From Enoplolaimus lenunculus (lineage: Eukaryota), in contig JASANG010003810.1 in the NCBI GenBank assembly GCA_030248215.1, forward strand, positions 496,001-560,000: a stretch of 64,000 nucleotides of DNA. The letters run 5' to 3'. Of the stretch, positions 13,114 to 26,162 are shown piece by piece (within the stretch, counting starts at the first letter, position 1; each line of letters begins with the position of its first letter). The position numbers and the translations under genes were made by a program. The notes below the pieces were generated by a model. It did no database searches and was not told where the DNA came from. It worked only from the letters and a program-made list of their open reading frames with translations.

Positions 13114-14865
13114 TCCAAATTTAACTCATTCAAGTGTTAGTGTGTTCTACATATCTAGGATGCAAAACTTCGTTTAGTTTATATTATTATTTACACTAGC
13201 TTAGTAAATGATGATACTTTGTTTAGTTATTTTTTTATTTGCCTGCAATAAAGTCGTCGATTTTAGAAAACCTTTAATGAATTACTTTCATCTTTTAAAC
13301 GGACTTTAGCTAATTCAATTTCTCGTCCGCATTACATATCCGCTAGGGATTGTCATTTTTTGTGCTCGCTGTTAATCAGACACAATAGAAATTCCTCAAT
13401 TTTTAATATTCCTTATTCTTGTTTGTAGTTTACATTGCTTACAAGTCTTATAGGAGTGCTAAACGATTATAGAAATTTATAAAGCAAAGTGTCCGTAATT
13501 GCAAAGTTCTTTCCGATAAACTTTGTGTTGATGAGATAAGCTAAGTCCCTTCTGACAGACTCTGGACAGAACAGTTGTCCTTTAAATAACGTATTGACAG
13601 TTTATCATGGGTATGGACGGCAACGTGACCAAGCATGGATCTATTAGATAGAGTGCGAGCTGTCAGCAGATTCTACATAGGATATGAGAGACATTTGGAC
13701 ATGTAAATTTGGAAACAATAAAACTACAGACATAGGGGTTCGTATGTGGGAAATTTTTTACAGTAGCGTAGACAGTATACGTGGATGACCCATAACATAA
13801 GTTTTGCAAATATAATTTAAAACTTGATGGTGCTCCCGGAATACAAATCTGTTAATACTTGCAGAGCGTACAGGATATCTGATTCCGCTTCCGTAATAAA
13901 AAACCGGAATTTGTTTATTTATACGCTCAGAACAAGTTAATGAACAACGTATATATCTCGTAATTTTTTAATATAGATATGCCGCAATGGTTAGCATTGA
14001 CATAAAAATGACAACGTTCAGCCAAAATCATTATAAAATTTTTGGAAAGCCCAACAAACAATTAACTCTATTGGTAGAAAAATAAATCATGTTTGAAACT
14101 TTTATACTTCAATATCCGTTTTCCGTTTCCGTTTCCGTTAATATTTTGTTCGCTATCCGTTTCCGTTTCCGTTCGTTTTACGGTTCCTTTACACCCTGAT
14201 AACTTGTCAAGTCCGCACTTTGGCTTATGTTCTAAAACTCTGCTATGTATTGCTACATGCGGGTCTGAGATTGAAGTTCTAACTCTTATTCAGAGTCCAA
14301 ACAACCTATCAATTCATTTGGGAGCGTCTCTTTCGCTTTCCGTTGATAACATCGCCGTCACATTTTACCACCTTCAGTCGGTAATATAGGTACGTGTAGC
14401 AAATAAAGGCATGAAACGAATGAAAGCAATAAATTCGACACCGTGTGCTATATATTTAGGTGTGGGTGCTTGACAAAGTATATCTCTTGAGATTTTTCTA
14501 CTGCTCAAATCCACATATATTCATTTAGCGTATAAAGTAAATGCTTTTATGCAGTGTAAAACTGGACGCCGGAATTGAACTCCGGCTCCGGCTCTGGCTC
14601 CTTTAGAATTTGGACCGGAGGTTCCGGCAAATTCGGTAGTAAAATTTTGAATAATTTTGCATAATTTATCTGTATTAGCGTATTTCGTTTTACTTTTGTC
14701 ATAATTTTTAGAAAACAGTTTCTGAAATTTCGCACAAAATTAGCATAAAACAAAATAACTTAAACAGCATATCGCACATATTGGCTAAAATTTAACACAC
14801 AAAAAGTACTGCGAACGGCGCATTTACCGATCCTTCGACAAAAATTCTATCGTGGTCGGGACTGC

Positions 14866-15478
14866 ACACAAAATACATTGTCTTGTATTCATGAAATATT
14901 GTCTAAAATTTTAAGACAATTATGTCTTAATACAGACTCCAGACATTTATGTCTTATAAATTCAAGACCTTTATATCTTAAGTTTTTCAAAAAATATTTG
15001 GTATATTGCACACTTAAATGTCTTAAACTTAAGACTTTGGTTTATGAACGATTAAAATTTGCTATGGAAACCGACTCCAGAATTGGAGCTTTATGCTCAA
15101 CCCAGTACCCTAATTTGACAACCTGAAATACGTCAAAGACGTAAACTTAGGTTGGGGTCGCCCGTACTCAACCCGAAATATCTTTGAAATTCAATTATTT
15201 ATATACCCGTTTAATAATATAAACAGTGAAATTTTTACATACATAAACTCAGAAAATTAATTCTTGAATAAAAGACAACTATTTTTGAAAGAAAGAAAAT
15301 TCTTTCTTATATAACTGGTGATCGCAATTTCTTTAATATAACGCATATATGTCTTAACCATATAAGAAACGAATTTCTGATCTGTCTAAAGGCTATTAAT
15401 GTCTGAAATGCAAGACTTTTATGTCTTGAAAATTTAAAAAGTAAGAGTCTTGAAGTTTTAAGAAAATTTATTTTGTGT
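14866..15478. mobile_element. CACAC-ended TIR element with TGTCTT/AAGAC subterminal repeats
   Basis: Termini CACACAAAATA...TATTTTGTGTC; a homologous arm lies inverted at ~28780-29049. Confidence 0.55.
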
Positions 15479-16297
15479 CTGGAGGTCGATTTTCAGCCGG
15501 AACAGAACCCAGGACTCTGGTTTATACATTCTTACGTACACTCCTGTATACGTATATGTACATATATACTTTAAATATATATATACTTTATATATGTATA
15601 TATCTAAATATATATATCTATATTTAGATATATACATATATAAAGTATATATATATGTATATATACTTTATATATGTATATATTTAAATATATATCTGGC
15701 TTATTTATGGTTCGTTTCACCAAACCCGTTTCGCTGTTTGGTTCGTTTGGCTTGTAAGGTACTACTACTTCACAGTCAAATAAAGCTGTGCATTGTGCTT
15801 ATATATAAATGTTCTATTTTAGCAGACAAAAGTGCAGACCATTGTATTGTCTAATTCGGAATTGGGCTGAATTACGACGTGGGCTACGTCATATATACTT
15901 TACATTGAGAAAATCAGGTAAAGATCTATTGTTTTGGGTAAGTACGAGAATCGGTAAATGTATTGGCGTTGTAGAAACGAGTGTAAGATTGCAATATTGA
16001 AAGCAGGCTGCAACCAGAGTTTTGCAATTATTCCACGTTATAATGCTTATGTGGATGCAAAAAATTGAACCTTCTTTTAGGAGCCCATCATGTGTTTAAT
16101 ACACAACATGTCAGCACGATGTGTAGTCAGGAATAGCCTATTTCAGACAGAGTCAATTTCACTCACCGTTTTTACACTGTATATACGTGTATGTTTTAGT
16201 TTGCTTCGAATCCTCTACTTTTAAACCAGTGTGACTATTGTCCCGACATCATCACTACAGACTGAGGACAAAACATGCTATTACTGGACTGTACCTA

Positions 16298-16473
16298 TGC
16301 TGCAAAAACATGGAGAGTCAAATTGACTCTTTCCGAAATAGTAACAATTCGACTCCTCCAAAGTAAATTTCAGTTGAATTTGACTCAGGTGGAGTCGAAG
16401 TTTCACTCAGTTTGTGTAGACAGGAAAAGCCTATTTCGGAGAGAATCAATTTGACTCACCATTTTTTGCAGTG
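16298..16473. mobile_element. Family B foldback MITE
   Basis: Homologous to 630-826; TA/TA flanks. Confidence 0.75.
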
Positions 16474-17116
16474 TAAAAGTTTAAGTTTACAGTGCTTTTG
16501 TACTCTATTTGAATAGAAAGGAATCGACAATTTTTATCGGTACTGGGTTCAGAAAATCATGTTTATCTGCGGCTTCAGTTTTTTGGAGCCCCTATCTGTT
16601 GTGGTTGAAAATTTGTATTTTTTACAGTTAAGATTACTACGATTTTGAAATTTAACTACAGTTTTGAAATCGACTTTGTAAGGTTTTCAAACTAACGAAC
16701 TTTTGCAATTGCACATCTCAAAATTTGCACAGAAGTATTGTAAATCGAATGTAATAAATGTGCTGAATATCAAACCTCATCATTCGCTGGTTTGGAACAA
16801 AACCAGTCACTAACTGATAATAGGTGATATACAAATTTGAAAATAGGGGCTCTGAGCCTGATAATTAAGTTTTACGTTACTTAAAAATATTACTGCTGGC
16901 ATCTTAGCTTCCTTTTGTCTCCAAACCTACTTAGTGTTAATATGAACCACTGCTAAATACGCAAAATCCTTAGTTTCGTGCCCACAGCCAGAGGGGGTAT
17001 GGAATATTCGGCAGTGCTTGGAAGAATCTTGACCCATTTAGAAAATTTTCAACGTTGCTTGTTTAAGTCATGAAAAACCTTTGTATGCTCTCCTGAATAA
17101 TTTTTAATACCCACCA

Positions 17117-17369
17117 CACTGTAAATTCTAATGTGTTAATTAATCAATTCAGCTAGGGAGTTGGTCATTTCTGAATTAATATGAGTAAACATTAACTCAC
17201 TCTGAGTTTAGTTGATTCCCACTTTGGTGTTGAGTTGACTCTGGGTGAGTTGGTTAGTTAACTCAGAATGAATCGAATCGAATCAAAATTTTGAGTTCTG
17301 AAAGTCCTAACTCAGACTGAGTGATTCAACTCACTCTGAGTTTAAATCAGCTCACTGGGATTTACAGTG
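17117..17369. mobile_element. CACTGTAAAT-ended MITE (family C) nested in a family D hAT-like MITE (~16978-17397)
   Basis: Termini CACTGTAAAT...ATTTACAGTG with internal GAGTT/AACTC repeats; the flanks join into the family D consensus. Confidence 0.78.
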
Positions 17370-17477
17370 TAGCAAGGTTAAGCTGGATACAGGCCTGTTA
17401 TAGTTTGCTTATGTTTAAACCAAGGAAGACCATAAGAAAAACACCAGTCAGAAACAAAATTTTTTCATACATTCTTT

Positions 17478-17675
17478 GGCCTATTTTACTTTGAGCGGCG
17501 TCCAGGTTTCTGGTGTGTCTATAAAAGAGTAGGTTTAGATTCTCGATTTCATTTTTTGTTTAGGCTTAAGCTCAGGCATAGGATTAGGCTTAGGAACACA
17601 TTTTTGTAACGTTTAGGCTTATTGTTTAGGAATACGCTTATTCGACTGTTACGCCCCTTAAAGTAAACATTGGCC
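17478..17675 (+). mobile_element. TTAGGC-containing MITE (family A, GTTACTTTAAGGGGCG subfamily)
   Basis: GGCC-ended TIRs, internal TTAGGC hexamers, TSD cattcttt/cattttgt. Confidence 0.75.
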
Positions 17676-17991
17676 CATTTTGTCATCTTTGAATAGATTC
17701 CATGTATGATGAATGAGCGTTGTATTTTGGGGTTTTTGGTGTGGTCATATCTACAATACAGAAGTTAGATATAAAATATTTGATAAATGACGTTGTTCAT
17801 ACTTAGATATCATACAAATTTCGCTAGACTTTGATGCACTTTCTTCCACATTTAAAGTTAAGGCTTAGGCTTACGAAATCATTTTGATAGCCTAAGCCTA
17901 TCGACACAGAGCCTACAGACAAGAGCCAAATTTACAGAGTTTGCACTTCTTCGCATATTTAAAGTTAAGGCTTAGGTTTAATAGGCTTAGG

Positions 17992-18192
17992 CAGTGCCGG
18001 AGCAGGCAGGGGTGGGTGCTCCCTCCAAATTCGAGGGTGGGGGCCCCGAAACTCACGAACGAAGCGAGCGAGAAGCCTGACGCATTTTAAAACTTAAGCG
18101 GTTTTTGTTTCAACCGGTTAGGGTGGGTGGCCCCTTTAGGGGTGGGGGGCCAACACAAATGTGGGGTATGGGGGGTGGCTGGCCCGGCCCTG
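17992..18192. mobile_element. GC-rich hAT-like MITE inserted into telomere-like repeat
   Basis: Termini CAGTGCCGG...CCGGCCCTG with TSD ggcttagg/ggtttagg; interrupts ~108-bp TTAGGC-containing tandem units spanning ~17810-18360. Confidence 0.7.
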
Positions 18193-18601
18193 GGTTTAGG
18201 AAAACATGTTCGTAGCCTAAACGTATTAACGCAGAGCCTACAGATATTAACCAAATTTACAGACTTTGTGTTTCCTGCTCATATTTAAAGTTAAGGTTTA
18301 GGTGTAGGCTTATGTTTTTTCTTCGCCTAAGCCTAAAGGCTGACCCTAAAGACAACAGTCAATCTATTAAAAAACATTTTTCCTATCCCTCCCGGTTCGG
18401 TCGTATCTCAAACATTATTATTTTGAAAGTAATGTAAACCTAAAGTTTATATATTTCATGGCAAAACCAATTTCATTGTGCGCCGTGGTCCTCCGATTTG
18501 GCAAATTACCGGAGCCCATAACCAGATGCAAACTGTCAGGTACAGACCCTTAATTTATAACCCAAATACCTTTGTGACATCTGGCTGCACCTTGATATCT
18601 G

Positions 18602-19030
18602 TACTGTAGTGACCCGAATATATAGGTGTGACTGATGTTTTATTTGGCCTGTACAGAGGGTGCCCCCATGTTATTCGGTTACAGACTGTTATATATTTTC
18701 AACTCACCCTCCGCCGCCCTTCGTTACTGATATATTCGGTATTGCAATTATCCGTTCAATTGAACGTTTATTTGTCTGGTATCAAAAGCTTGAGCGATAT
18801 GCAAGGTTATACGTAGGTATGTATTTTCCAAACTTAAGCATGCTTTAGTTTCAAATTCAACTGTATTTCGTGCTGGTGTCATTTATGCACCGCAGTTTGG
18901 CATAATTGACGTTTGTGGACTCAAATTAGAGTTTAGGGACTCTATTCATTTACGGACTCCTATTAGGGATACGGACTCCTATTGATTGGGACTCAAAATA
19001 AGAACCTCTCTTATTTGGGACACTACCGTA
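18602..19030 (+). mobile_element. TA-flanked TIR element (family H, Tc1/mariner/pogo-like non-autonomous)
   Basis: Termini TACTGTAGTGACCCGAATA...TATTTGGGACACTACCGTA; ~400-bp homologs at ~27985-28418 and, inverted and partial, at ~63330-63645. Confidence 0.7.
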
Positions 19031-19788
19031 TCTACGTATCCGGTTGTGAATAAAACAGGGCCCGAATGAAGTAATAGGTCCTAAACGTTTTTCCTTACGC
19101 TTAGGTTTAGGCATAACTAGTCAAACTGGCATACTGCAACAAAAGTTATACACTTTAGTTTTTAACACAATTATACTAAAACTTAAAAGTTTCCGCTCCG
19201 GTTACTCGTCTGGTTCCTACAAAACATTTAAATTCCGCTTCCGACAAAATCTACTTCCGACTGGAACCCCAGGTTTTTGATACCGGCTTTATCCTAAAGT
19301 CTTTGAATTCTGTTCAGGAGCTATTTTATACACGGGCGAGATGTATGTAAATTATATAGCCAGATTAATGTATAGTTATACATTTTATATATATTATATA
19401 TATTATATATATATACATATACATATATATACATATATATATATACATATATATACATATATATAATATGTATAAATATAAACATATATATAAATCTAAA
19501 ACACTGGAAATAGTTTGCATTTTAGAATGATACATTTTAGGATAATATCTTAAAAGCGTCTGGCAAAAGCAATAGGGTTTGTGCTTTGATGAGTGGTTTT
19601 CCTAAAAACTGAATACGGACAGTTATAAGGGTGTTTACCAGGGGGTAAGCGTTATGTACCACCGGAATGTGTAAAATTTGAAAAAATGTACAAATTTTAA
19701 AACTGAATTTCGTGCCATTTAGTATTTGAATTTATTTTTTTCGGCGACTATAAAACAATTGTTGTCAAATTATACTCTTCCGATATGG

Positions 19789-19974
19789 GGCCCATGTGTA
19801 GAACAGGGCCGGAGAGTTTTCCGGAGGGGTTGTAATAGAGGCAGTTTAAGCTTTAGACTAAATTTTTTTGCTTATGCGTCAGCTTAGACGTAGGCTTTGA
19901 CTTAGGCTTAGGCTTAGGCTTAGGCTTACAAATCTGGTTGTACTACTGCTCGGACCCTGTTCTATACATGGGCC
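19789..19974 (+). mobile_element. Family A TTAGGC MITE
   Basis: TIR GGCCCATGT(G/A)TAGAACAGGG(C/T)C; TSD cgatatgg/cgatgtgg. Confidence 0.85.
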
Positions 19975-20276
19975 CGATGTGGCAATCTTGGTAAACGCTC
20001 GTGGAGTAGGGTTTGTTTTTAAGACGTATCTCAAATATCGTATAAGTTGGTGTTCGGGAAATTGGACATTTTATATCAAACGACAAGCAAAGCATATATA
20101 TGGAGTTTTGATTGGGTTAAGCTGTTTGTTTTAGGGGGCGCTATACAATCACAGGATGAAGTAGGAAGTATTTTGTGTTTAAATTTGTGGAGCAACAATA
20201 AAAAAGTCACTTTTAACAGACTGTAGAATATACATTTAGACGTCAAGCATTTTTTTGCGTGAGGTTATGCGTGGTT

Positions 20277-20533
20277 TACATTAAATTGTGTACGCGATGT
20301 GGAATACATTAAATTTGTGTACGCGATGTGGAATACATTAAATTTGTGTACGCGATGTGGAATACATTAAATTTGTGTACGCGATGTGGAATACATTAAA
20401 TTTGTGTACGCGATGTGGAATACATTAAATTTGTGTACGCGATGTGGAATACATTAATTTGTGTACGCGATGTGGAATACATTAATTTGTGTACGCGATG
20501 TGGAATACATTAATTTGCGTACGCGATGTGGAA
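20277..20533. repeat. Minisatellite, 28-29-bp unit TACATTAAATTTGTGTACGCGATGTGGAA x9
   Basis: Read directly as a near-perfect tandem array. Confidence 0.95.
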
Positions 20534-21056
20534 ATTCTCACCGGCTATGAACGGATGCTGATTGATACTTATTCGTAAGTTTTCAAACGACAGGTACCGC
20601 CTATTTTCATAAGTACATACAGTTGTTGTTTAAAACTTAATATTTTAACAAACCCTTGGAATTATTCAAATTTGCATATATTTTAATTATTAATGTACAA
20701 CTACTACTATTGTACACCAAAATAATGTAAACCACGTATTTTGCTTCCCTCTCAAATTGAAATCTTATCGATGTTCTTGAAACTGGGTGTACGTTAAAGC
20801 GGTGGGAATATCATATTTTTTCAATGAAAATGGTCAAATTTTTTCTATCGTTCAGTACCGTGATAGCTCACTACAAAACCCAAACGGGGGTCTCCACACA
20901 GCGACACGGCCCATAAATTTTAATTTTGTGGCATCAAATTTTCAATTTGACCTAATAAAGGTTGTCTCTTGCTTAATATCGATCATTTCGCTTGCGAAAT
21001 TTACTACTTTCTTCGGTTGTTGTTCGGAGTTGCTCTAATGTTTCCGTTTCAATTCC

Positions 21057-21430
21057 GGCCCATGCATATAGATCAGGGTCGGAGCGTTTTTATGTTGGAC
21101 TGCAATAGAGTAAGCTTAAGATTTAGACTATTTTTTGCTTGGCTTAGGCTTAGGCTTAGGCTTAGGAATATGCTCATTCTCATCCTTAGGCTTAGGCTTA
21201 AGCTTACGAATATACTCATTCTTACGATTAGGCTTAGGCTTAGGGTTAGGCTTAGCAATATGCTCATTCTTACGCTTAGGCTTAGGCTTAGGCTTAGGCT
21301 TCGGAATAGGCCTATTCTTTACGCTTAGGCTTAGGCTTAAGAATATGCTCTTTCGTACGCTTAGGCTTAGGCTTAGGTTTCGGAATATGCTTATATTACT
21401 GTTCCGCCCCCTGCTCTTTATACACTAGCC
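21057..21430 (+). mobile_element. Family A TTAGGC MITE with expanded interior
   Basis: Both TIRs present; about five cassettes of (GGCTTA)n-GGAATATGCTCATTCTTACGCTTA; TSD tcaattcc/taaattct. Confidence 0.85.
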
Positions 21431-22236
21431 TAAATTCTTATCACGCAGTTTTGTTACAATAAAAATGACGTTTTGAAAATTATTCAACTGAAGCGAGCGA
21501 GAAACTACACGTACTTTCACAATGAAATACCCCGTTGCAACAATTACAAAATGTTTCTTGGTTTATTGGATTGAGGGTGCAGACCCGAACTATTCGGCTA
21601 CTTACACGCCAAACTGGACGTTGTTTTACACTCGAATCCCAGCTTCCTTCACAACCTCAAGGTTCAAAAATACGTATCTAAATCGCCCAAAGTTTGGTCC
21701 CAAGCTCGGACTCGGCCGGCTTAGGCCCGCGGACACAACATTTGGGACCGGACCCGCGGGTGGGTGGTACGTTGGGCTAATATTTTTAATTGAATCTCGC
21801 TCCTATTTTAATCGTCATGCGTATGTTAATACTTCAAGGGGTGACTATCCTTCTACTCAGGTGGGAGGTCGGGCAAATATACAACGCGCTCTGGTTCGTT
21901 TGCACCATGCTTGTATGCCCCATCTGAAAATTTTTAGCCCCCCCTAGCAAAGTGAGCTGGATGCGGCCTGCTTTTCCAGCTATCATCAGTTGGCGATAGG
22001 TTGTAACGTTTGAATTGTTGATCGGTGAGCTTCAAAATTTAGCACAATATTTTTTCTGGAGGGCGTAACCTCGTCTAGCGAGCGAAGAAATTGCTTATTC
22101 GTCACGTTATTCTACAATCTGTAAACATCCTTTAATCTTTCTAGAAATTTCGAAGTGATATATTCCCCATATCCCGTCTTGCTTACGACCCTGGATCATT
22201 TCGAATGTCAGACGGGCAATTCTCGTTTCTACCCTC

Positions 22237-22389
22237 GGCCCATGTAAAGATCAGTGGCGGAGATTTTTTCTGTGAGACTACAATAGAATAAGCTTAAGCT
22301 TTTGACTAATTTTTTGCTTGGCTTAGGTTTAGGCTTAGGCTTAGGAATATGCTTACAATACTAATGCGCCCCTGTTCTTTACACTGGCC
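22237..22389 (+). mobile_element. Family A TTAGGC MITE (minimal form)
   Basis: Both TIRs and a perfect 8-bp TSD CTACCCTC. Confidence 0.9.
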
Positions 22390-23520
22390 CTACCCTCAGA
22401 CAAAGACCTCTCTGACCCTGTCAGTTCCTGGACGTACCTACAATCTTAAGGTGATATGCTACAAATTTTTTTACAGCAGTATCTGAATAAGTCCCCAGTG
22501 AAAGATCGAACCACAGATCGGAGCATTCGACTCCTAATTTGCCCTATTCGACTCCTAATTTACTCTCTCTGGTTCATTTCAATCCAATCAACATTGTCTG
22601 CCAGAAAAATATTTTCACACCGAATGGATCATTCACTATAATCTTCCACTTCCACCCACCTCCGTCTTGTGCCTTCTGCCCACCAAGCCCGTACCCAGCT
22701 CACCTTGCTAGACGGGACTACAAAATTTCCAGGAGGGTAATACGACGATTTTCAATGACTTACAAGCAAGATTGAAAAACTCCTAGGGGGAGGCCAAAAT
22801 TTTTTCTAGCAGAAGCTGAGCCCCTCCTAGCCCCCCTCTTGGTACGGACCCGCTGCCTACCCTGGTAATCGAAAACGTGGGCCAACCTGTGATAATGACT
22901 ATCTCTATATCGCCATACTATCTACTGCGCTGAAATGAACAAGCGAATAAAATGCATTGTGTTTGCATGCGTAGAGTCTAGAATTACAAAGCACAAAACT
23001 AGCCTGAAAAGCCTTTTAGGTATACATATATACTCTTTGGTTTAAAATATAAGCTCGATCGAAAATTAGACGGGGGTGGGGTGGCGGCGAAAAAATCTCT
23101 ACCCCTGAACCGTTTTTTTGAGATCTGTCACAAAATGTGCCCCGATTCTCGATTATTGGATCCTTGAGGGGTGCAAAAATATTTGTTACTCGCCTAAAAA
23201 CCTGTTTAAACAACCGGGTTAGAACTCTCCCGACCCTGAAATGCCGGTAATAGCTCTGGTATATACACAGCGTAGAAAACTGAGGTTGACAGCTTAATAG
23301 CATATTCTAGGCACACATTTGGTTGCCTGGGCCCCCATTGATTTGCAGTTTTGGTATAGTTTTTGGTTTATATATATATATACATTATATATATTCTATA
23401 TATGCTTATAAATACCTGCAAGCAAAGAGTTTGGTGATTTGTGACGGAAATCTATGGACAATGGGGTTAATAAGCTTTTTCTGGTTTATCACAGGACTGA
23501 GTTTCTACAGCCAAGTAAAA

Positions 23521-24192
23521 GCATAAGAATGAGTTTATTCCTAAGCCTAAGCCTAAGCCTAAACCTGAGCCTAAGCGTAAGAATGAGTTTATTCCTAAGG
23601 CTTAGCCTAAGCCTAAACCTGAGCCTAAGCGTAAGAATGAGTTTATTCCTAAGCCTAAGCCTAAGCCTAAGCCTAACCTTGAGCCTAAGCGTAAGAATGA
23701 GTTTATTCCTAAGCCTAAGCCTAAGCCTAAACCTGAGCCTAAGCGTAAGAATGAGTTTATTCCTAAGGCTAAGCCTAAGCCTAAACCTGAGCCTAAGCGT
23801 AAGAATGAGTTTATTCCTAAGCCTAAGCCTAAGCCTAAGCCTAACCTTGAGCCTAAGCGTAAGAATGAGTTTATTCCTAAGCCTAAGCCTAAGCCTAAAC
23901 CTGAGCCTAAGCGTAAGAATGAGATTATTCCTAAGCCTAAGCCAAAGCCAAGCCAAAAATAGTCTAAAGCATAAGTTTACTCTATTCTAGTCCCACAGGA
24001 AAACGTTCCACCCCTGATCTTTCCTTGAACCAGCCTAAGCCTAGGCTTAATTGCTTTAATTCTGAAATATAGATAAAAGTATAAAACAGACTAGGTTTGC
24101 ATATTTTGTACCTAAACCAATTCCTATTAGATCCATTGCAGTCCCGCAGTCCCACAGAAACAACGTTCCTCCCCTGATCTTTTCCATGGGTC
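23521..24192 (-). repeat. Family A-derived GCCTAA minisatellite (54/54/60-bp units) followed by two family A end sequences
   Basis: About eight units of GTAAGAATGAGTTTATTCCTAA(GCCTAA)n...; family A end sequences at ~23950-24025 and 24135-24192. Confidence 0.85.
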
Positions 24193-24368
24193 AAAAATCG
24201 CGCAAGGCAGGTATGTTTTCAGGGTGATTATGGCTGCTGTTGTGGCATTAAAGGGTAATAGGCTGAACTTTGTGCGTTTTATACGGTATGTAAGCTAGAA
24301 GGCCTACCTGTTGTTAGCTTATACGGTTTTTAGATGGTTCACGTGCACAGCTGGGTGTTCATGGCGGT

Positions 24369-24572
24369 TAGCAATGTAAAGATTGGGCGAGGAACGTTTT
24401 TCTGTGTGACTGGAATAGACTAAGCTTAAACTTTGGAATTATTTTTTTTGCTTAGGCTTATGCTTAAGCTTAGGCTTAGGTATAATTTCATTCTTACGTT
24501 TAGGATTAGGTTTAGGCTTAGAGATAGGAATATGCTTATACTACTGTTCCGACCCTGTTCTAAACATTGGCC
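24369..24572 (+). mobile_element. Family A TTAGGC MITE
   Basis: Right TIR intact; TSD atggcggt/agggcggt. Confidence 0.75.
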
Positions 24573-24662
24573 AGGGCGGTTTATGAAATGATATTGTGTA
24601 GGAAATAACTATATTTTAACAAAAGATTTTTGTAACTCTTGGCTGAATGTGTATAGTTGCCG

Positions 24663-24803
24663 GGCCAATGTACAGAACAAGGGGGGCGGAACAGTAGCAT
24701 AAGCATGTGCCTAAACCTAAGCCTAAGCAAAAATAGTCTAAATCTTAAGCTTTCTCTAACAGTCACACAGAAAAACATTCCACCCCTGATCTTTTCAATG
24801 TTC
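24663..24803 (-). mobile_element. Family A MITE (reverse orientation)
   Basis: Begins GGCCAATGTACAGAACAAGGGGGCGG; GCCTAA interior; degenerate right end. Confidence 0.7.
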
Positions 24804-26162
24804 ATTTGGAGGAACAAAAGCATGAATCCAAGCCTAACACTAAGCCCAAACCTGATTGTCAGTTTAAAGCTAGACTTTATGCTAAGTTTTAACAGGAGCC
24901 GAGTGACGCCTTTAGCGAAACAGCCTAAGACCCTTTTTTCAGAAAGGGGTGTGTACATGGGAGATACAGGGTATATCCCCTAGTGAAATTTCGAGAAAAG
25001 CAAGCGTTTTAAGAAGTTCTAATATAACCTTCTGGATTCTAGACGTGAGAAAATTTTTTCAATGACGTCATACCCACCGTAACTAAAATCTTAGGAACCG
25101 CCCTGTATTGAGAACCTGTTTTATGTAAACGCCGCACGTCTATTTGTCGCGGATAGGCTTTTATCCCAGGGTGTCAACAAAAAATTATGTACAAAAAATG
25201 CCTTAGCCGGATAATCTAATATTCGGCCAAAACCGGAGCCGCATAGTTAATTTAATACTACATGGCATTCAAATATCAGAACGTAGCTAACAATTCTTCG
25301 CTCCGTAGCTTAAGGTATCAATGTGTTTACGTGACAAAGCTTTACATAGCGTTGCGTTTACTTGCAATATTTGTTTCGCCAAAATGACTTTTAAGGACAT
25401 CTAGTTTGCACCCCCCGCAGTATAAAATCGGTGGTTTTAGTATTAATAAGGCTATTAGCTCAGGCTTAAACTTTGGTTTAGACTTATTTTTGCGCTAAAG
25501 TTTACCGTTAGGGTTTAGAATAGGAATATGCTGAGATATATACTGTTACGCCTGTAAAATAGCACTGGTCATCTTTATCCGGCATTCCAGCGTTACTGTA
25601 ACCCAATAAAAACTGTGAACGTACGCTGGCGCATGCAAACATTTACATTACATGTGTGACAGAAAAAATATGCAAAAGTAAAGTCGATAAATCAGTTCCA
25701 TGGTAACTGGCATAAAAATACAAATGATGGTTTAAATTTTTTGAAATTTTTAAACAACATCCGACAAGTTAAAATACCGGAGCCGGATGTCGATTTTTCG
25801 CTGAAACCGAATCCGGATATTCGGTCATACCATGATTGCTTTCGAATTGAAAACCTGTCTATACTCTGGTTAATACATTGAGGTTACTTATAAACAAAAG
25901 ATTATTTAAAATTGTCTAAAAAATATATAATAAATGATGGATTATTTCTCTTTGTTAATATTTGCATAAAACTGAAACTAAAATAACAACATCCGATTTC
26001 AAAAATCAAGATGCCGATTAAAATACATAAAATTCAGCTAATTTATTTAAGTAATGTTCAGTTTATTCCAATTGGATTCTGGAATCGCTAAAGTTCCAGC
26101 AGATTGTGTTAGGAACGGATGAATAATAACTACGAAATCTTAAGAGTAGATAGTTAAATTAT

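Noticed and set aside
13529..13556. Box C (TGATGA) and box D (CTGA) snoRNA-like pair
   Set aside because: The boxes span only ~27 nt, too short for a snoRNA, with no supporting structure.
14093..16100. Possible plus-strand exons divergent from FAAH2
   Set aside because: Scattered AG/GT signals exist, but no consistent reading frame or recognisable protein.
23454..23990. ORFs rich in RLRL, LSLS or LGLG (also 20969-21428, 53585, 58821, 62188-62599)
   Set aside because: They are translations of the phased TTAGGC/GCCTAA repeats.
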